Virus record (IMG/VR): IMGVR_UViG_3300046499_000422
Span: 4,060 to 68,059 of that record
From: a virus
Length of the DNA stretch: 64,000 nucleotides
Reading direction: 5' to 3' (one strand)
Shown here one piece after another: positions 9,007 to 17,921 of the stretch. A program made the translations under genes and the position numbers. The notes under the pieces were generated by a model. It was not told the DNA's origin and ran no database searches. It was given only the letters and a program-made list of their open reading frames with translations. Numbering within the stretch: the stretch's first letter is position 1; each line of letters starts with the position of its first letter.

Positions 9007-9407
9007 CAGCGCACCGCCCCGAGGTCGGGCCACTGCTCGCCAAGGTCCAGCTCGCGGACGACGAGGACGAGCTGTCCGCCCTTGACGATGTCGCCGAGCC
9101 GCATGTCCGGGCCGAGGACGTGGATGTGGTCGTCGTCGTCCAGGACCCCGGCGTCAACGATGCCGTCGACGGCGGCCTTCACGGACGGGTACCAGTTCGC
9201 AGGGTCACGGCGACGCCTGTCATGCGGGTGAAGGACAGCCGTGATGTGGGCGCGCTGGAGTTCGGGGACGCCGAACGCGGCTTCCATGGCCGCGCCGCGG
9301 ATGCCCTTGGTGACCTTCGCGCGGGTGCGCCAGTGGAGGCGCTGGTTCGACGTCATCAGGCGCAGCCCGGCGGGCAACACAATCGAGAAGGTACGAAGTT
9401 CCTGCAT
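9006..9407 (-). CDS. rusA: RusA-like Holliday junction resolvase
   Basis: RRDPANWYPSVKAAVDGIVDAGVLDDD catalytic motif. Confidence 0.85.
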   Translation of the reverse strand: MQELRTFSIVLPAGLRLMTSNQRLHWRTRAKVTKGIRGAAMEAAFGVPELQRAHITAVLHPHDRRRRDPANWYPSVKAAVDGIVDAGVLDDDDHIHVLGPDMRLGDIVKGGQLVLVVRELDLGEQWPDLGAVR

Positions 9408-9410
9408 CGC

Positions 9411-9953
9411 TCACGCGTCCTTTCCGGCGGCGTTGTAGCGCGCCTGCCGTTCGCGGTGGCAGACCTTGCAGCGGCGCTTGAGCGGCGAGAGCCGGATGAC
9501 CGTGACGTTCTCGTCGGTGAGCGGGTGTCCCTTGGCGCAGACGCCCGTTCGGGCTGCAATGGCCGATGGGCTGTTGCCTCGGCGGACGTTCTCGCCAGGC
9601 GTCACCGGCTCCAAGTGGGCGGGGTTGACGCAGCGCCGGACGCGGCACAGGTGGTCGAGGTGCAGTCCCTCGGGGATCGGGCCGACGAGCAGCACGTAGG
9701 CGAATACGTGAGCGCCGCGAACCCGCTGTCCGTCCCACACAAGGCCGTACCCAGCGCTGGTGACGGCTCCCTGCCACACCCAGCAGGGCCCGAGGTCGGG
9801 GCGGTCTACGGGGAGCGGGGCCTCTTCCTGGACCTTGGAACGGAAGCGGGGCGGAAGGCCGGCGGGGAGGGTGATGGTGTGGAGGCGGCGGGTGGGGCCC
9901 GCCCCCGCGTGGGGGGAGCACGCGGGGGCGGGGGTCTCGATGGCGGCGGTCAT
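9411..9953 (-). CDS. HNH homing endonuclease
   Basis: CWVWQG...GYG...AHVFAY...LDHLCRVRRCVNPAHLEPVT..EN. Confidence 0.9.
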   Translation of the reverse strand: MTAAIETPAPACSPHAGAGPTRRLHTITLPAGLPPRFRSKVQEEAPLPVDRPDLGPCWVWQGAVTSAGYGLVWDGQRVRGAHVFAYVLLVGPIPEGLHLDHLCRVRRCVNPAHLEPVTPGENVRRGNSPSAIAARTGVCAKGHPLTDENVTVIRLSPLKRRCKVCHRERQARYNAAGKDA

Positions 9954-10588
9954 GCTGCGGCTCCCAGAATGTGAGTGGTGAACTGCTCGCCGATCCACTG
10001 GCTGTACGACGGCGGCACCGCCTGACGGCCCTCCTTGGCGCTCATCCACGTGCACCCCATGGCGTCGGCGTACGCCCGCTCGCCCTTGTGCTCGAAGGCC
10101 AGAAGGGTCCGCGGGTGCCAGCACGGCGGGAGCAGGTCGCCCCCCCCGTGCCACGACGTCTCGAAGGCGCGGTGCCGCTTGACATTGAGTCCGAACTGGC
10201 TGCCGCACAGCAGGTAGTCGGGGCGTAGCGGTGCCTCGGGGACGTTCTCGATGACCCAGGGGCGGCCGGTGGCCTGCATGGCGGCGCGGCCGGGGGTGAG
10301 GAGGTCCTCGTGGTCGGCCTGGTCGCCGCGCCACAGGGTGACGTTGGCGAAGTACTGGCACGGCCAGGAGGCGTGGATGAAGTCGTACTCGTGGCCGTGC
10401 TCGCGTACGTACTCGACGGCGTCGCTCTGGTGGAAGGTGAACGGATAGTTGGGCATGGGGTGCTTGTCGACGCCGGTCACCTCGAATCCTGCGAGGTGGT
10501 AGCCCATGGACAGGCCGCCGGCGCCGCAGCAGACATCGAGGAGCCGGAGGCCGTTGGCCTCGCGCTCGGGCGCCTGGAAGGCGGTCAC
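9950..10588 (-). CDS. Short C5-cytosine DNA methyltransferase-like protein
   Basis: LDVCCGAGG (motif I), SWPCQ (motif IV), VIENV (motif VI), RHR.F (motif VIII). Confidence 0.85.
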   Translation of the reverse strand: MTAFQAPEREANGLRLLDVCCGAGGLSMGYHLAGFEVTGVDKHPMPNYPFTFHQSDAVEYVREHGHEYDFIHASWPCQYFANVTLWRGDQADHEDLLTPGRAAMQATGRPWVIENVPEAPLRPDYLLCGSQFGLNVKRHRAFETSWHGGGDLLPPCWHPRTLLAFEHKGERAYADAMGCTWMSAKEGRQAVPPSYSQWIGEQFTTHILGAAA

Positions 10589-10899
10589 AGCGCGCCTTCC
10601 TGGGTGGTGCCCGCCCCGGTGCCGGTGTGCGGCACGGGGGCGGGGGTCTCGGTGGTGATCGCGCCCGTGATGGGCGTGTAGTGGCCGGCCGGGCACGTGA
10701 AGCCGCCGTTGAGGTGCACTCGCCCGTACCGGACGCCGGTGCAGTCCACGCACCAGCCGCGGTCCAGGGCCACGGTCTCCAGGCCGGTCGCGTACGGCAG
10801 TGGTGGCAGCGGGCGGGGCGTGATCCGCTGGCCCCGGACCACACAGAGCAGGGCGATGATGGCGAAACCAGCCAGGCCGCCGAGGACCATGGAGATCAC
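10585..10899 (-). CDS. Membrane-anchored Zn-finger hypothetical protein
   Basis: N-terminal TM segment; CVDC...CPAGH. Confidence 0.7.
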   Translation of the reverse strand: MISMVLGGLAGFAIIALLCVVRGQRITPRPLPPLPYATGLETVALDRGWCVDCTGVRYGRVHLNGGFTCPAGHYTPITGAITTETPAPVPHTGTGAGTTQEGAL

Positions 10900-11267
10900 G
10901 AGGTCACCTCGCCATCCGGACGGTGGGCCTCACGCCACGCCTGGTCCGCGACCGCCGCGCTCTCGGCGTTCAGTGACTCGTTGACCTTCTGCAACGTTTC
11001 CAACTGGCCCTGAAGCGCGGTCCGGGCCTCTTCCGACCGGGCCAGACGGTGCAGCAACTCGGTGTCGCTGCTTTTTCGGAGGCGTTGCACCTCGGCGTCG
11101 AGGCGCTCGTTCTCGTCGTGCAGGCGGGTGTACTCGCCCGACGCGCGGCGCAGGTCGAAGCGGAGGGTCTTCACCTCGTCGCGGGCCGCATCGCGCTCTT
11201 CCACGACGCGCTCATACCTGTCCGCATCGACCGGCGGCCGGGCCGAAACCCGACGGCGCCGCCTCAC
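10896..11267 (-). CDS. Coiled-coil hypothetical protein
   Basis: Heptad-rich ORF coupled to the RecT-like gene; start uncertain. Confidence 0.65.
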   Translation of the reverse strand: MRRRRRVSARPPVDADRYERVVEERDAARDEVKTLRFDLRRASGEYTRLHDENERLDAEVQRLRKSSDTELLHRLARSEEARTALQGQLETLQKVNESLNAESAAVADQAWREAHRPDGEVTS

Positions 11268-12295
11268 TCCGCACCCCCGGCGGCGCGCACCCTGCTGTCG
11301 CGCGTGACCATCTCGCTGGCCAACTCCTGAGTCAGCGAACGGATCTGCGCCTCCGACGCATCGGACAGCGGGCCGCCCGTCACGCCATGGCAGCGCTCCT
11401 CCAGGTCGCCGGGACTCATGCCGAGGGACGCCGCAATCTGGTGGATGTCCCACGTGTGCAGGTCATCGCGCGCCTTCTGTGCGGTCCGCGGCGTCGCCTG
11501 CTGCCTGATCTCCTCGACCGTCACACGCGGCAGCGGGAACTCGTCATCCGCCGTGACCTCACCCTGCGAGATCGACTTCCCGATCGTGACCAGCTGCGCC
11601 ACGTCGTGCTCGGTCCACTTCCCCGACAGCCGGCCAAGCTTCGTCTCGATGCGGTCCAGCGTCACGCCGATGTTCTCGAACGCCTTGATGGTGTCCGCGA
11701 TCCGCAGGTTCAGCGGCTTGCCGCCGCCGTCGCGCAGGGTCTTCGCGCACAGTTCCTTGGCCTCTTCGACGAACCAGGGCGGCAGGATGGCGAAGATCGC
11801 CTCGCGGACGCGGCGGGCGCCGTTGTTGGCGTTGTTCTCGTAGATGTCCCGCATGTCGTCGAGCTTCTTCGGGCCGCCCTTCTGGTCCCTCTTGTGCGGC
11901 ACGATGAACGTGGAGGAGTTGCGGCTGTTCTTCTGGACGTCCCAGGCGAAGGCCTGCATCTCCGACTCGCCGTACTCGTCGTCGCGGCGCATCTCGACGA
12001 GCCCGTACTGAATGTTGCCCCAGCAGCGGGCCAGTTCCCGGGCGAGGTGGACGGACGGGCCGGACACCTGCTGCCCGCCGCGCGGGAATCGGAACGACGC
12101 CTTCTCGGCGAGGTACATCTGCGAGCAGGACTGGCGCATCTCGGCGATGGCGGCGTTGATGTCGCGGGGGCACTGCTGGGCGACGACGATCGCGGCCTGG
12201 ACCTCGGCGACGGCGCGCGACTGTTCTACGGCGGTGCCCTGCCCAAGGCGGGTCGGGGACGGCGCGGGTGCCATGCGCTCGGCGGGGTAGTTCAT
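11264..12295 (-). CDS. Putative ssDNA-annealing (RecT-like) protein
   Basis: 343 aa gene directly downstream of the RecE-like exonuclease; GPSVHLARELARCWGN pattern seen in actinophage annealing proteins. Confidence 0.65.
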   Translation of the reverse strand: MNYPAERMAPAPSPTRLGQGTAVEQSRAVAEVQAAIVVAQQCPRDINAAIAEMRQSCSQMYLAEKASFRFPRGGQQVSGPSVHLARELARCWGNIQYGLVEMRRDDEYGESEMQAFAWDVQKNSRNSSTFIVPHKRDQKGGPKKLDDMRDIYENNANNGARRVREAIFAILPPWFVEEAKELCAKTLRDGGGKPLNLRIADTIKAFENIGVTLDRIETKLGRLSGKWTEHDVAQLVTIGKSISQGEVTADDEFPLPRVTVEEIRQQATPRTAQKARDDLHTWDIHQIAASLGMSPGDLEERCHGVTGGPLSDASEAQIRSLTQELASEMVTRDSRVRAAGGAE

Positions 12296-13185
12296 GCGAG
12301 GTACTCCTCGGTGTCACGGATGGCGGCCCATGTGGGCAGGGAGAGGTAGGCGATGTCGTCGCTGTAGCCGGGCCACACGCCCGACTCGGTGCACTCGGCG
12401 AAGACTTCGAGGGCACGCCGGTTGCGGGCGGCGCCGATACGGCGGGCGGTGGCGTCCATTTCGACGACGGTCACGAGGTACGGGGCGGTCTTCTCCTGGC
12501 AGACGAAGACGAACGCGGCACTGTCGTCGGCGAGGTCGAGGGCGCGGGCGGCGGCGCGGTACCAGTCGTCTTGCTGGTGGTAGCCGAACTCCTGAACAGC
12601 CCGTTCCAGGGCGGCGGGTTCGGCGGAGCGGCACGTCTTGTAGTCGGGGATGATCAGCCGCCCGGAGCGGGCGTCAGGCAGCCAGTCGAACCGCGCCCGA
12701 CGCATCACGCCCGTCGGCCGGTCTCGCCAGAACAGCGACTGCTCCGGCCGGCCGCGCGCGGGGTCGAACAGGGCTGCGGCGATGGGGTGGCGGCGCAGGG
12801 CGTCGGCCATCGCGTGGACCTGCTCGTACTCGGCGGGCTTGAGGGGGATGCCGCCCTCGTCGCGGATCGCGGCGACCTCGGCCTTGACGGCGTTCGTCGT
12901 CCACTTCTCCGCGTCGACCTGGACGAGGTCGGGGCCTTCGCCGAGTACGAGCTTGTGGGCGGCGGTGCCGAGCTCGAACGTCTTCTTGGGCTCGGCCGGG
13001 GTGTCCTGTGCGTGCCGGAACAGGGCGGGGCAGGACGGGGGGAGGAGGAGGCGGGCGCCGGACGAGGAGAGGGAGCCTCGGTCGGCGTGGTACTCCTCGT
13101 TGGTCATCTGGTAGATGCCGGGCTCCGTGATGCCGGGGCCGGCGGCCGGGGCGGTGGTCGCCCCGGCCAGCTCGGTGTTCGTCAT
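12292..13185 (-). CDS. RecE/ExoVIII-like PD-(D/E)XK exonuclease
   Basis: YHAD..LSSSG, GTAAH, RARFDW...DYKT, YHQQDDWY, QEK.APY motifs. Confidence 0.88.
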   Translation of the reverse strand: MTNTELAGATTAPAAGPGITEPGIYQMTNEEYHADRGSLSSSGARLLLPPSCPALFRHAQDTPAEPKKTFELGTAAHKLVLGEGPDLVQVDAEKWTTNAVKAEVAAIRDEGGIPLKPAEYEQVHAMADALRRHPIAAALFDPARGRPEQSLFWRDRPTGVMRRARFDWLPDARSGRLIIPDYKTCRSAEPAALERAVQEFGYHQQDDWYRAAARALDLADDSAAFVFVCQEKTAPYLVTVVEMDATARRIGAARNRRALEVFAECTESGVWPGYSDDIAYLSLPTWAAIRDTEEYLA

Positions 13186-13685
13186 CAGGCATCGCCGCCC
13201 TCGACGCGCGGCAGGCATTCGTGCCGGGACGCCATTGCCATCAGGTCGAGGAGCGTCTTCGGGCCTTCGCCCTGCGCCCCGATCGCACCGCAGGTGCGGC
13301 AGCGGTACTCCTCGGCGGCGCCGTAGCTGCCGTCGCTGGTACTGATGACGGCCTCGAAGGTGTCGAGGATGAAGCCGTCAGCCCCGGCGTGCATGCGGCC
13401 GGTGGCGTAGGCGTTGCGGTACACGAGGTCGGTGAACGGGTTGACGGCAACGCCGCCGCCCGACGGGACCTCGCCGGGGAAGTCCCTGGCTCCCATCAGG
13501 GCGCCGACAGAGAACGCAAGCTGGCCAGCGCGCAGTCCGTTCGGGTTGAGGCCGAGCAGCCCTTGCAGGGAGGCGATGGCCTCGTTGAACACGTCGGTCC
13601 TGTAGGCGTCGAGGAGGTGGTCGGCTTTGTGGTCGAGCCGGCCGCCGTCTTCGAGGGCGCTGATCAGGTCGTCGCGGGCGGTCAT
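13185..13685 (-). CDS. Hypothetical protein
   Basis: MTARDDLISALE...; coupled on both sides. Confidence 0.7.
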   Translation of the reverse strand: MTARDDLISALEDGGRLDHKADHLLDAYRTDVFNEAIASLQGLLGLNPNGLRAGQLAFSVGALMGARDFPGEVPSGGGVAVNPFTDLVYRNAYATGRMHAGADGFILDTFEAVISTSDGSYGAAEEYRCRTCGAIGAQGEGPKTLLDLMAMASRHECLPRVEGGDA

Positions 13686-13933
13686 GCGGCACCTCGGATC
13701 TGTGCGGGCAGCAGCCGCTGTACGGCGCGCTGCTGGGCGGCGCGGGACGGGTGCGGGGAGCACGCCGCGCAGCCGGAGCGGTCGGTGTGCGGCCGGTGGA
13801 GGGGGCAGCAGCCGGTGTCCTCCAGGGATGTGGTGAGCTGCATGTCCTCGGGGATGCCGCAGTCGGTGTCGTGGACCACGTAGGTGTCGCTGTAGTCGCA
13901 GGTGTCCGAGCAGTCCGGGTCGCGGGGCCTCAT
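13682..13933 (-). CDS. Cys-rich hypothetical protein
   Basis: MRPRDPDCSDTC...; ATGA coupling. Confidence 0.65.
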   Translation of the reverse strand: MRPRDPDCSDTCDYSDTYVVHDTDCGIPEDMQLTTSLEDTGCCPLHRPHTDRSGCAACSPHPSRAAQQRAVQRLLPAQIRGAA

Positions 13934-14325
13934 GCGTCCACCTCGCTGTCCGCCTCGGGGGCGTCGTCGTGGCGGTCGTCGGCGTTCCGGCAGAGCGTCG
14001 AGCAGTACGTCCGCCCCGGCCTCACCTCGCGCGGGCACTGGGAGCAGGTCAGCTGCTCCGTGCCCTGCTGTCCCTCCAGTTCGATGGCGACCAGCCACTC
14101 GTCGTAGTCCTCCTGCGAGAGGCTCGGCGAGTCGTCCTGGCCTTCGAGCGGCATGGAGAGGGCGGTAAGGGCGACCTGCGCGAGCGTCGCGTGGACGTGC
14201 GCGGCCAGAAGGTCCATCTGGCTCGGCGGGATGTGGTGTGCCCCGATGCCCAGTTCGTTGTCTGCCGGGACATCGTCACCGGCGAGCAGCTGCTCGGCCT
14301 CACGGAAGTGCTCGGGTCCGGTCAT
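13930..14325 (-). CDS. Hypothetical protein with C-terminal Zn finger
   Basis: MTGPEHFREAEQLL...CSQC...YCSTLC. Confidence 0.75.
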   Translation of the reverse strand: MTGPEHFREAEQLLAGDDVPADNELGIGAHHIPPSQMDLLAAHVHATLAQVALTALSMPLEGQDDSPSLSQEDYDEWLVAIELEGQQGTEQLTCSQCPREVRPGRTYCSTLCRNADDRHDDAPEADSEVDA

Positions 14326-14777
14326 GAGTGGGTGTCCCCGTTCGTGGTGGTGGTGCGGGAGGACCGGCGGGCGGTCAACCGCATGGCTTCGTCGCCGGAG
14401 AGCGGCGTCATCCACAGGCCAAGCAGGTGGTCGTGCATGCAGCAGTCATCCGCCTCGCACCGCCACGGGTTGACGCGGGGCGCGAGCGGCATCTGCTGCC
14501 ACGGCTCGACGCAGCGGCACACGGCCTTGTAGGCGTTCCGCCGGGCCCGCATGCGGGCGAGGATCTGGCGGTCAGTCGGCTCGGCCCACGGGTGGATGCC
14601 GCGTCCGGGCATCCACTGCCGCCCGTGGTGGCCGTGCTCGGCGCCGCACCAGCGGCAGCCGTACGGCGTCGGCGGGGTGCCGTCGGGCCAGCGGATGTGG
14701 CCGTGCAGCATGCCCGTGGCCGCGTCGCGGCGGCCGTAGCCGAGCAGGTGCTTCGTCGGGTCGTTGACCGTGGTCAT
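14322..14777 (-). CDS. Hypothetical protein
   Basis: GCRWCG..HG..W..H.W..P..QILARMRARR pattern. Confidence 0.75.
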   Translation of the reverse strand: MTTVNDPTKHLLGYGRRDAATGMLHGHIRWPDGTPPTPYGCRWCGAEHGHHGRQWMPGRGIHPWAEPTDRQILARMRARRNAYKAVCRCVEPWQQMPLAPRVNPWRCEADDCCMHDHLLGLWMTPLSGDEAMRLTARRSSRTTTTNGDTHS

Positions 14778-14992
14778 CGACGCTCACCCCCAGCGCGGCG
14801 GTTGGCCAGCCGCTCCGTCTCAGTCGTGGCGACGATGAACATCAGCGCGGCCAGCAACGGCGCGGCGAGCGTGTGCAACAGGCCGGGCGGCAGGTGCGGG
14901 AGGTGGTGGCCGTCGATGACCCACACCAACGCCACCAGCACAGCGACGGTCAGGGCGGCGGTACGCCACGGGCTGGAGAGGAACACGATCAC
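14774..14992 (-). CDS. Small two-TM membrane protein
   Basis: Two hydrophobic segments; coupled. Confidence 0.7.
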   Translation of the reverse strand: MIVFLSSPWRTAALTVAVLVALVWVIDGHHLPHLPPGLLHTLAAPLLAALMFIVATTETERLANRRAGGERR

Positions 14993-15105
14993 CGGGACTC
15001 ACCCCCACGGACCCAGTCCCACAGGCGGCACGCGACCCACAGACCGCCACCCACCAGCACCGACGGGCCGAGCATGATCGCGGCGACGACCAGGAAGGTG
15101 CTCAC
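14989..15105 (-). CDS. 38-aa single-TM peptide (absent from the ORF track)
   Basis: MSTFLVVAAIMLGPSVLVAGGLWVACRLWDWVRGGESR, with GTGA overlaps at both ends. Confidence 0.6.
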   Translation of the reverse strand: MSTFLVVAAIMLGPSVLVGGGLWVACRLWDWVRGGESR

Positions 15106-15719
15106 TTCGCCTCACCCCTGGCAGGCAGGTCCCGGGCCACCCGGTACGCGTGGTCCAGCGGTGAATCGTGCGGGTCCTCAACGGGGCGCACGTCACGGGC
15201 CGCCGGAATGGCCTCAGTGCGCGACGTCCCGCCGGCCATGCCCTCCAACGCGGTCCGCAGCGCCCCGTACTGTCCGCTGGCCAGCAGCTCCAGCGCACTT
15301 GCAGCCGTCGCACGGCCCTGCTCTACCTGCACCTGCAAGCGGCCGGCCTTGACGGACTGCTCGAAGAGCGCGTTCTCGGCCGGGGCGGCCTCCAGCTCGG
15401 CGACCCGCTCGCGCAGCTTCTTGGCCTCCACCTGCACGTCGTTCAGCACGATGTTCCGCTCGGCCCGCTCCGACTCCAGCACGTCGACCCGGACCCGCAG
15501 TCGCGCCCCGTACTCCGCGCGGCCCCGCGCCTCCGCCTGAAGCCCCTTGATATTCCGCTGCTGCCGGACAGCCACCGACGACCACAACGACCGCAGCCGG
15601 TCCACCTCGGCCAGCAACTCCCGCAGGGCCCGCGCCCACGTACCCGGAGCCGGATGCGGAGCCGCAGCCACCGACGCACGGATCTCAGCGAGGCGCTCCT
15701 CGCCCATGGGGGCGTTCAC
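15102..15719 (-). CDS. Coiled-coil hypothetical protein
   Basis: 205 aa; coupled. Confidence 0.75.
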   Translation of the reverse strand: MNAPMGEERLAEIRASVAAAPHPAPGTWARALRELLAEVDRLRSLWSSVAVRQQRNIKGLQAEARGRAEYGARLRVRVDVLESERAERNIVLNDVQVEAKKLRERVAELEAAPAENALFEQSVKAGRLQVQVEQGRATAASALELLASGQYGALRTALEGMAGGTSRTEAIPAARDVRPVEDPHDSPLDHAYRVARDLPARGEAK

Positions 15720-16273
15720 GCCGCACCGCCAAGGACCGCACCGAACCGGTGAGCCAACTCGCCCAACTCGGCGAACACACCCGGAGGAGCACCCTCCACG
15801 CCGGCCAGCAGATACTGCGGATCACCCACAGCCGGGATCGACGACAACTCCCACTCGGTACCGTCCGACGTCACCAGCCGCACCGGCACCAACGCCGCGT
15901 GCTCGGCCTCGGCACTCTCGGCCGCGTACAGCAGCTGCTCCACGACCTCCGCCGGCGTCCGGCCCCGAACGTCACCCCACGCCGCGACGTGGCACTCCAG
16001 CGACATCTCGTCCGTCCAGAACGGCGGCTCGTCGTTCACCGGCAGCCGGTCCGCGAGGAACGCGATGGCCCGCGTCGAGACCGGCCCGAACTTCTGCGGG
16101 CTCCCGGTCTCCGCGCACCGCAGTGCAGCCACGGCCGACATGGGCCGCTCGGCGGGGAGCGCCTTCAGGACCCGGTTGAACGGGTCGGGGATGTAGTCAC
16201 CCTGGTGGTGGCCCTGGGCGGCGATGATCTGCGCGGCCAGACGGAAGACGCCAGCCAACTCGGAGGAGGTCAT
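15716..16273 (-). CDS. Hypothetical actinophage protein
   Basis: 185 aa; AAQII...G...AW.D..GRT..EV...L pattern. Confidence 0.75.
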   Translation of the reverse strand: MTSSELAGVFRLAAQIIAAQGHHQGDYIPDPFNRVLKALPAERPMSAVAALRCAETGSPQKFGPVSTRAIAFLADRLPVNDEPPFWTDEMSLECHVAAWGDVRGRTPAEVVEQLLYAAESAEAEHAALVPVRLVTSDGTEWELSSIPAVGDPQYLLAGVEGAPPGVFAELGELAHRFGAVLGGAA

Positions 16274-16623
16274 CGCGCACCGCCCGCAGCAACGATCTCC
16301 AGGCCCCTGCCGTCAGCCCATTTGCGGGCCGTGCGCTCGTCGATACGGTCCGCATTGACCGTGAAGTCGACGTAGCCGTACACGTGGTAGACGACCGAGC
16401 CGCCGAAGTCGACGTTGCAGAAGGCGTTTCCTTCGTCGTCGTGCTGGAGCGGCAGTCCGTTCGCCTCGGCGAACGCCTCAGCCTCCGCGTTCACGGTCAT
16501 GGGCACGTTGAAAGGTGAGATCGGGGCGGGGGCGTCCGGGTTGGCGTCGAGCCAGTCCGCCAGGGCGCGGAGGCCGGTGATGTACGCGGCGCGGGAGTCA
16601 CTGGGTGCGATGATGTTCGACAA
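16270..16623 (-). CDS. Hypothetical protein
   Basis: TTG start after a GAAAGTGAGG RBS; AYITGLRALADWLDANP. Confidence 0.7.
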   Translation of the reverse strand: MSNIIAPSDSRAAYITGLRALADWLDANPDAPAPISPFNVPMTVNAEAEAFAEANGLPLQHDDEGNAFCNVDFGGSVVYHVYGYVDFTVNADRIDERTARKWADGRGLEIVAAGGAR

Positions 16624-16709
16624 GGCGATCGCCTCACTTTCGGGTTGGTGTTGCGGTTGCTGGTGGGTCGCTCCGGGCCGGGCAGGTTGGGAGCGGCCCG
16701 CATTCGTTC

Positions 16710-16979
16710 TCAGGCGGCGTCGGAGGCCGGCTTCGCCTTGAGTCGCCGGGCCTTGCCCGAGGCGAGACCGAGGCGGGCGTAGTGCGCCTTGCGGAGGTGC
16801 TCGGCAACCCGCTCGATGCGCTCGTCGCTGGCGTTCGGGTGCAGCTCGCGGGCCTGCGTCACGAACTTGTTGTTCATGGCGGCCCTGGCCTTGGCGGTGC
16901 GGCCGGCGGGGTCGGGTTCCTTGGCCCACTGGGTGTGGGCGGCGAGGCGGGCGCGGAGTGTGCGCTCAACGGGGTCCAC
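16710..16979 (-). CDS. Basic hypothetical protein following the Cro-like gene
   Basis: RARLAAHTQWAK..D..RTAKARAA; AAGGAG RBS; start could extend to 17006. Confidence 0.75.
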   Translation of the reverse strand: MDPVERTLRARLAAHTQWAKEPDPAGRTAKARAAMNNKFVTQARELHPNASDERIERVAEHLRKAHYARLGLASGKARRLKAKPASDAA

Positions 16980-17256
16980 TGGGGTTCTCCTTCTCTTCAT
17001 ACCCATCCTCGAATGGGGATGGAGTTGGCGAAAAAAGAGCCTTGCGTCGGACCTGGACGGCCTCCGCGATGCGGTCGGCGTCGACCTGGTCGACGTAGGG
17101 GCGTTCTTCCGAAACGAGCTTTTGGATCTTGCTGTATGACAGCCCGGTCACGCTCGCCAGGCTGCGCACGGTATAGCTGGTGCCGCCTGGCAACGGCTGT
17201 TGCATGAGTCGCTTCAGCAGTGGTCCGTCGTGCAGGCGATATCTGGCGTCGGGCAC
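16966..17256 (-). CDS. Cro-like XRE HTH protein, first gene of the early lytic operon
   Basis: YTVRSLASVTGLSYSKIQKLVSE HTH; GGAGG RBS; divergent from the repressor-like gene. Confidence 0.8.
   Translation of the reverse strand: MPDARYRLHDGPLLKRLMQQPLPGGTSYTVRSLASVTGLSYSKIQKLVSEERPYVDQVDADRIAEAVQVRRKALFSPTPSPFEDGYEEKENPSGPR
16999..17023. promoter_or_regulatory. Palindromic operator copy 1 (ATACCCATCCTCGAATGGGGATGGA)
   Basis: Reverse complement matches 17274-17298 at 24/25 positions. Confidence 0.7.
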
Positions 17257-17273
17257 GTGCTGTCCTCCGGTAG

Positions 17274-17298
17274 TCCATCCCCATTCGGGGATGGGTAT
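17274..17298. promoter_or_regulatory. Palindromic operator copy 2 (TCCATCCCCATTCGGGGATGGGTAT)
   Basis: CCATCCCC-N4-GGGGATGG dyad just upstream of the Cro-like start. Confidence 0.75.
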
Positions 17299-17504
17299 AG
17301 CTAAGCGCAGTGTTCGCGAAAAGTCCAGCGCCCACACGCACAACCTTTTTACGTACACAAGCCGGATCATTTCCAGCCTATTTGCGCAGGCCCGGTGGCC
17401 ATACCCATTCGCGTCTGTGGACAATGGGTGTGCGCAAGCGTGGCCCCCCACTGGATGCGCCGACACATCCGGACACGCGAGCCGTAGACCTGGAGATCGA
17501 ACAC

Positions 17505-17921
17505 ATGACGACTCGGGACACCGAGACGCTCACCCAGCTCATTGCTGAGCGTGCGGGGAAGCGTGGCTCCGGCCTGCCCACCTTCGAGCAGCTCTCCGAG
17601 CGAAGCGTCGACCCCAAAGGCAGCTATCGCCCTAGCGGCAATCTCCTCTGGAAGATCGCGAGCGGTGGGCAGGGGGTGAAGATCAACCCGCCATTGGTCC
17701 GTGCAATCGCGGAGGGCCTGGGGCTGTCGTACGCCCGAGTGCACGCAGCCGCCACTCGGCAGTTCGTCGGCGCGTGGGAGGCTTCCGATCCGTTCGACAC
17801 CGATCCTGGCGACAACGACGAGGTGATCAGCGTTGGCCATCGCCCTGGCCTAACTGCCCGGGACATGCCCCGAGTTGGGGATGCCATCGAGGACGCACGC
17901 GGCCTCGACGCGCCGGAGTGA
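17505..17921 (+). CDS. Putative immunity repressor (divergent XRE-like HTH)
   Basis: TFEQLSERS...PSGNLLWKIASG...LVRAIAEGLGL; lies between cro and int; GGAG RBS. Confidence 0.7.
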   Translation: MTTRDTETLTQLIAERAGKRGSGLPTFEQLSERSVDPKGSYRPSGNLLWKIASGGQGVKINPPLVRAIAEGLGLSYARVHAAATRQFVGAWEASDPFDTDPGDNDEVISVGHRPGLTARDMPRVGDAIEDARGLDAPE

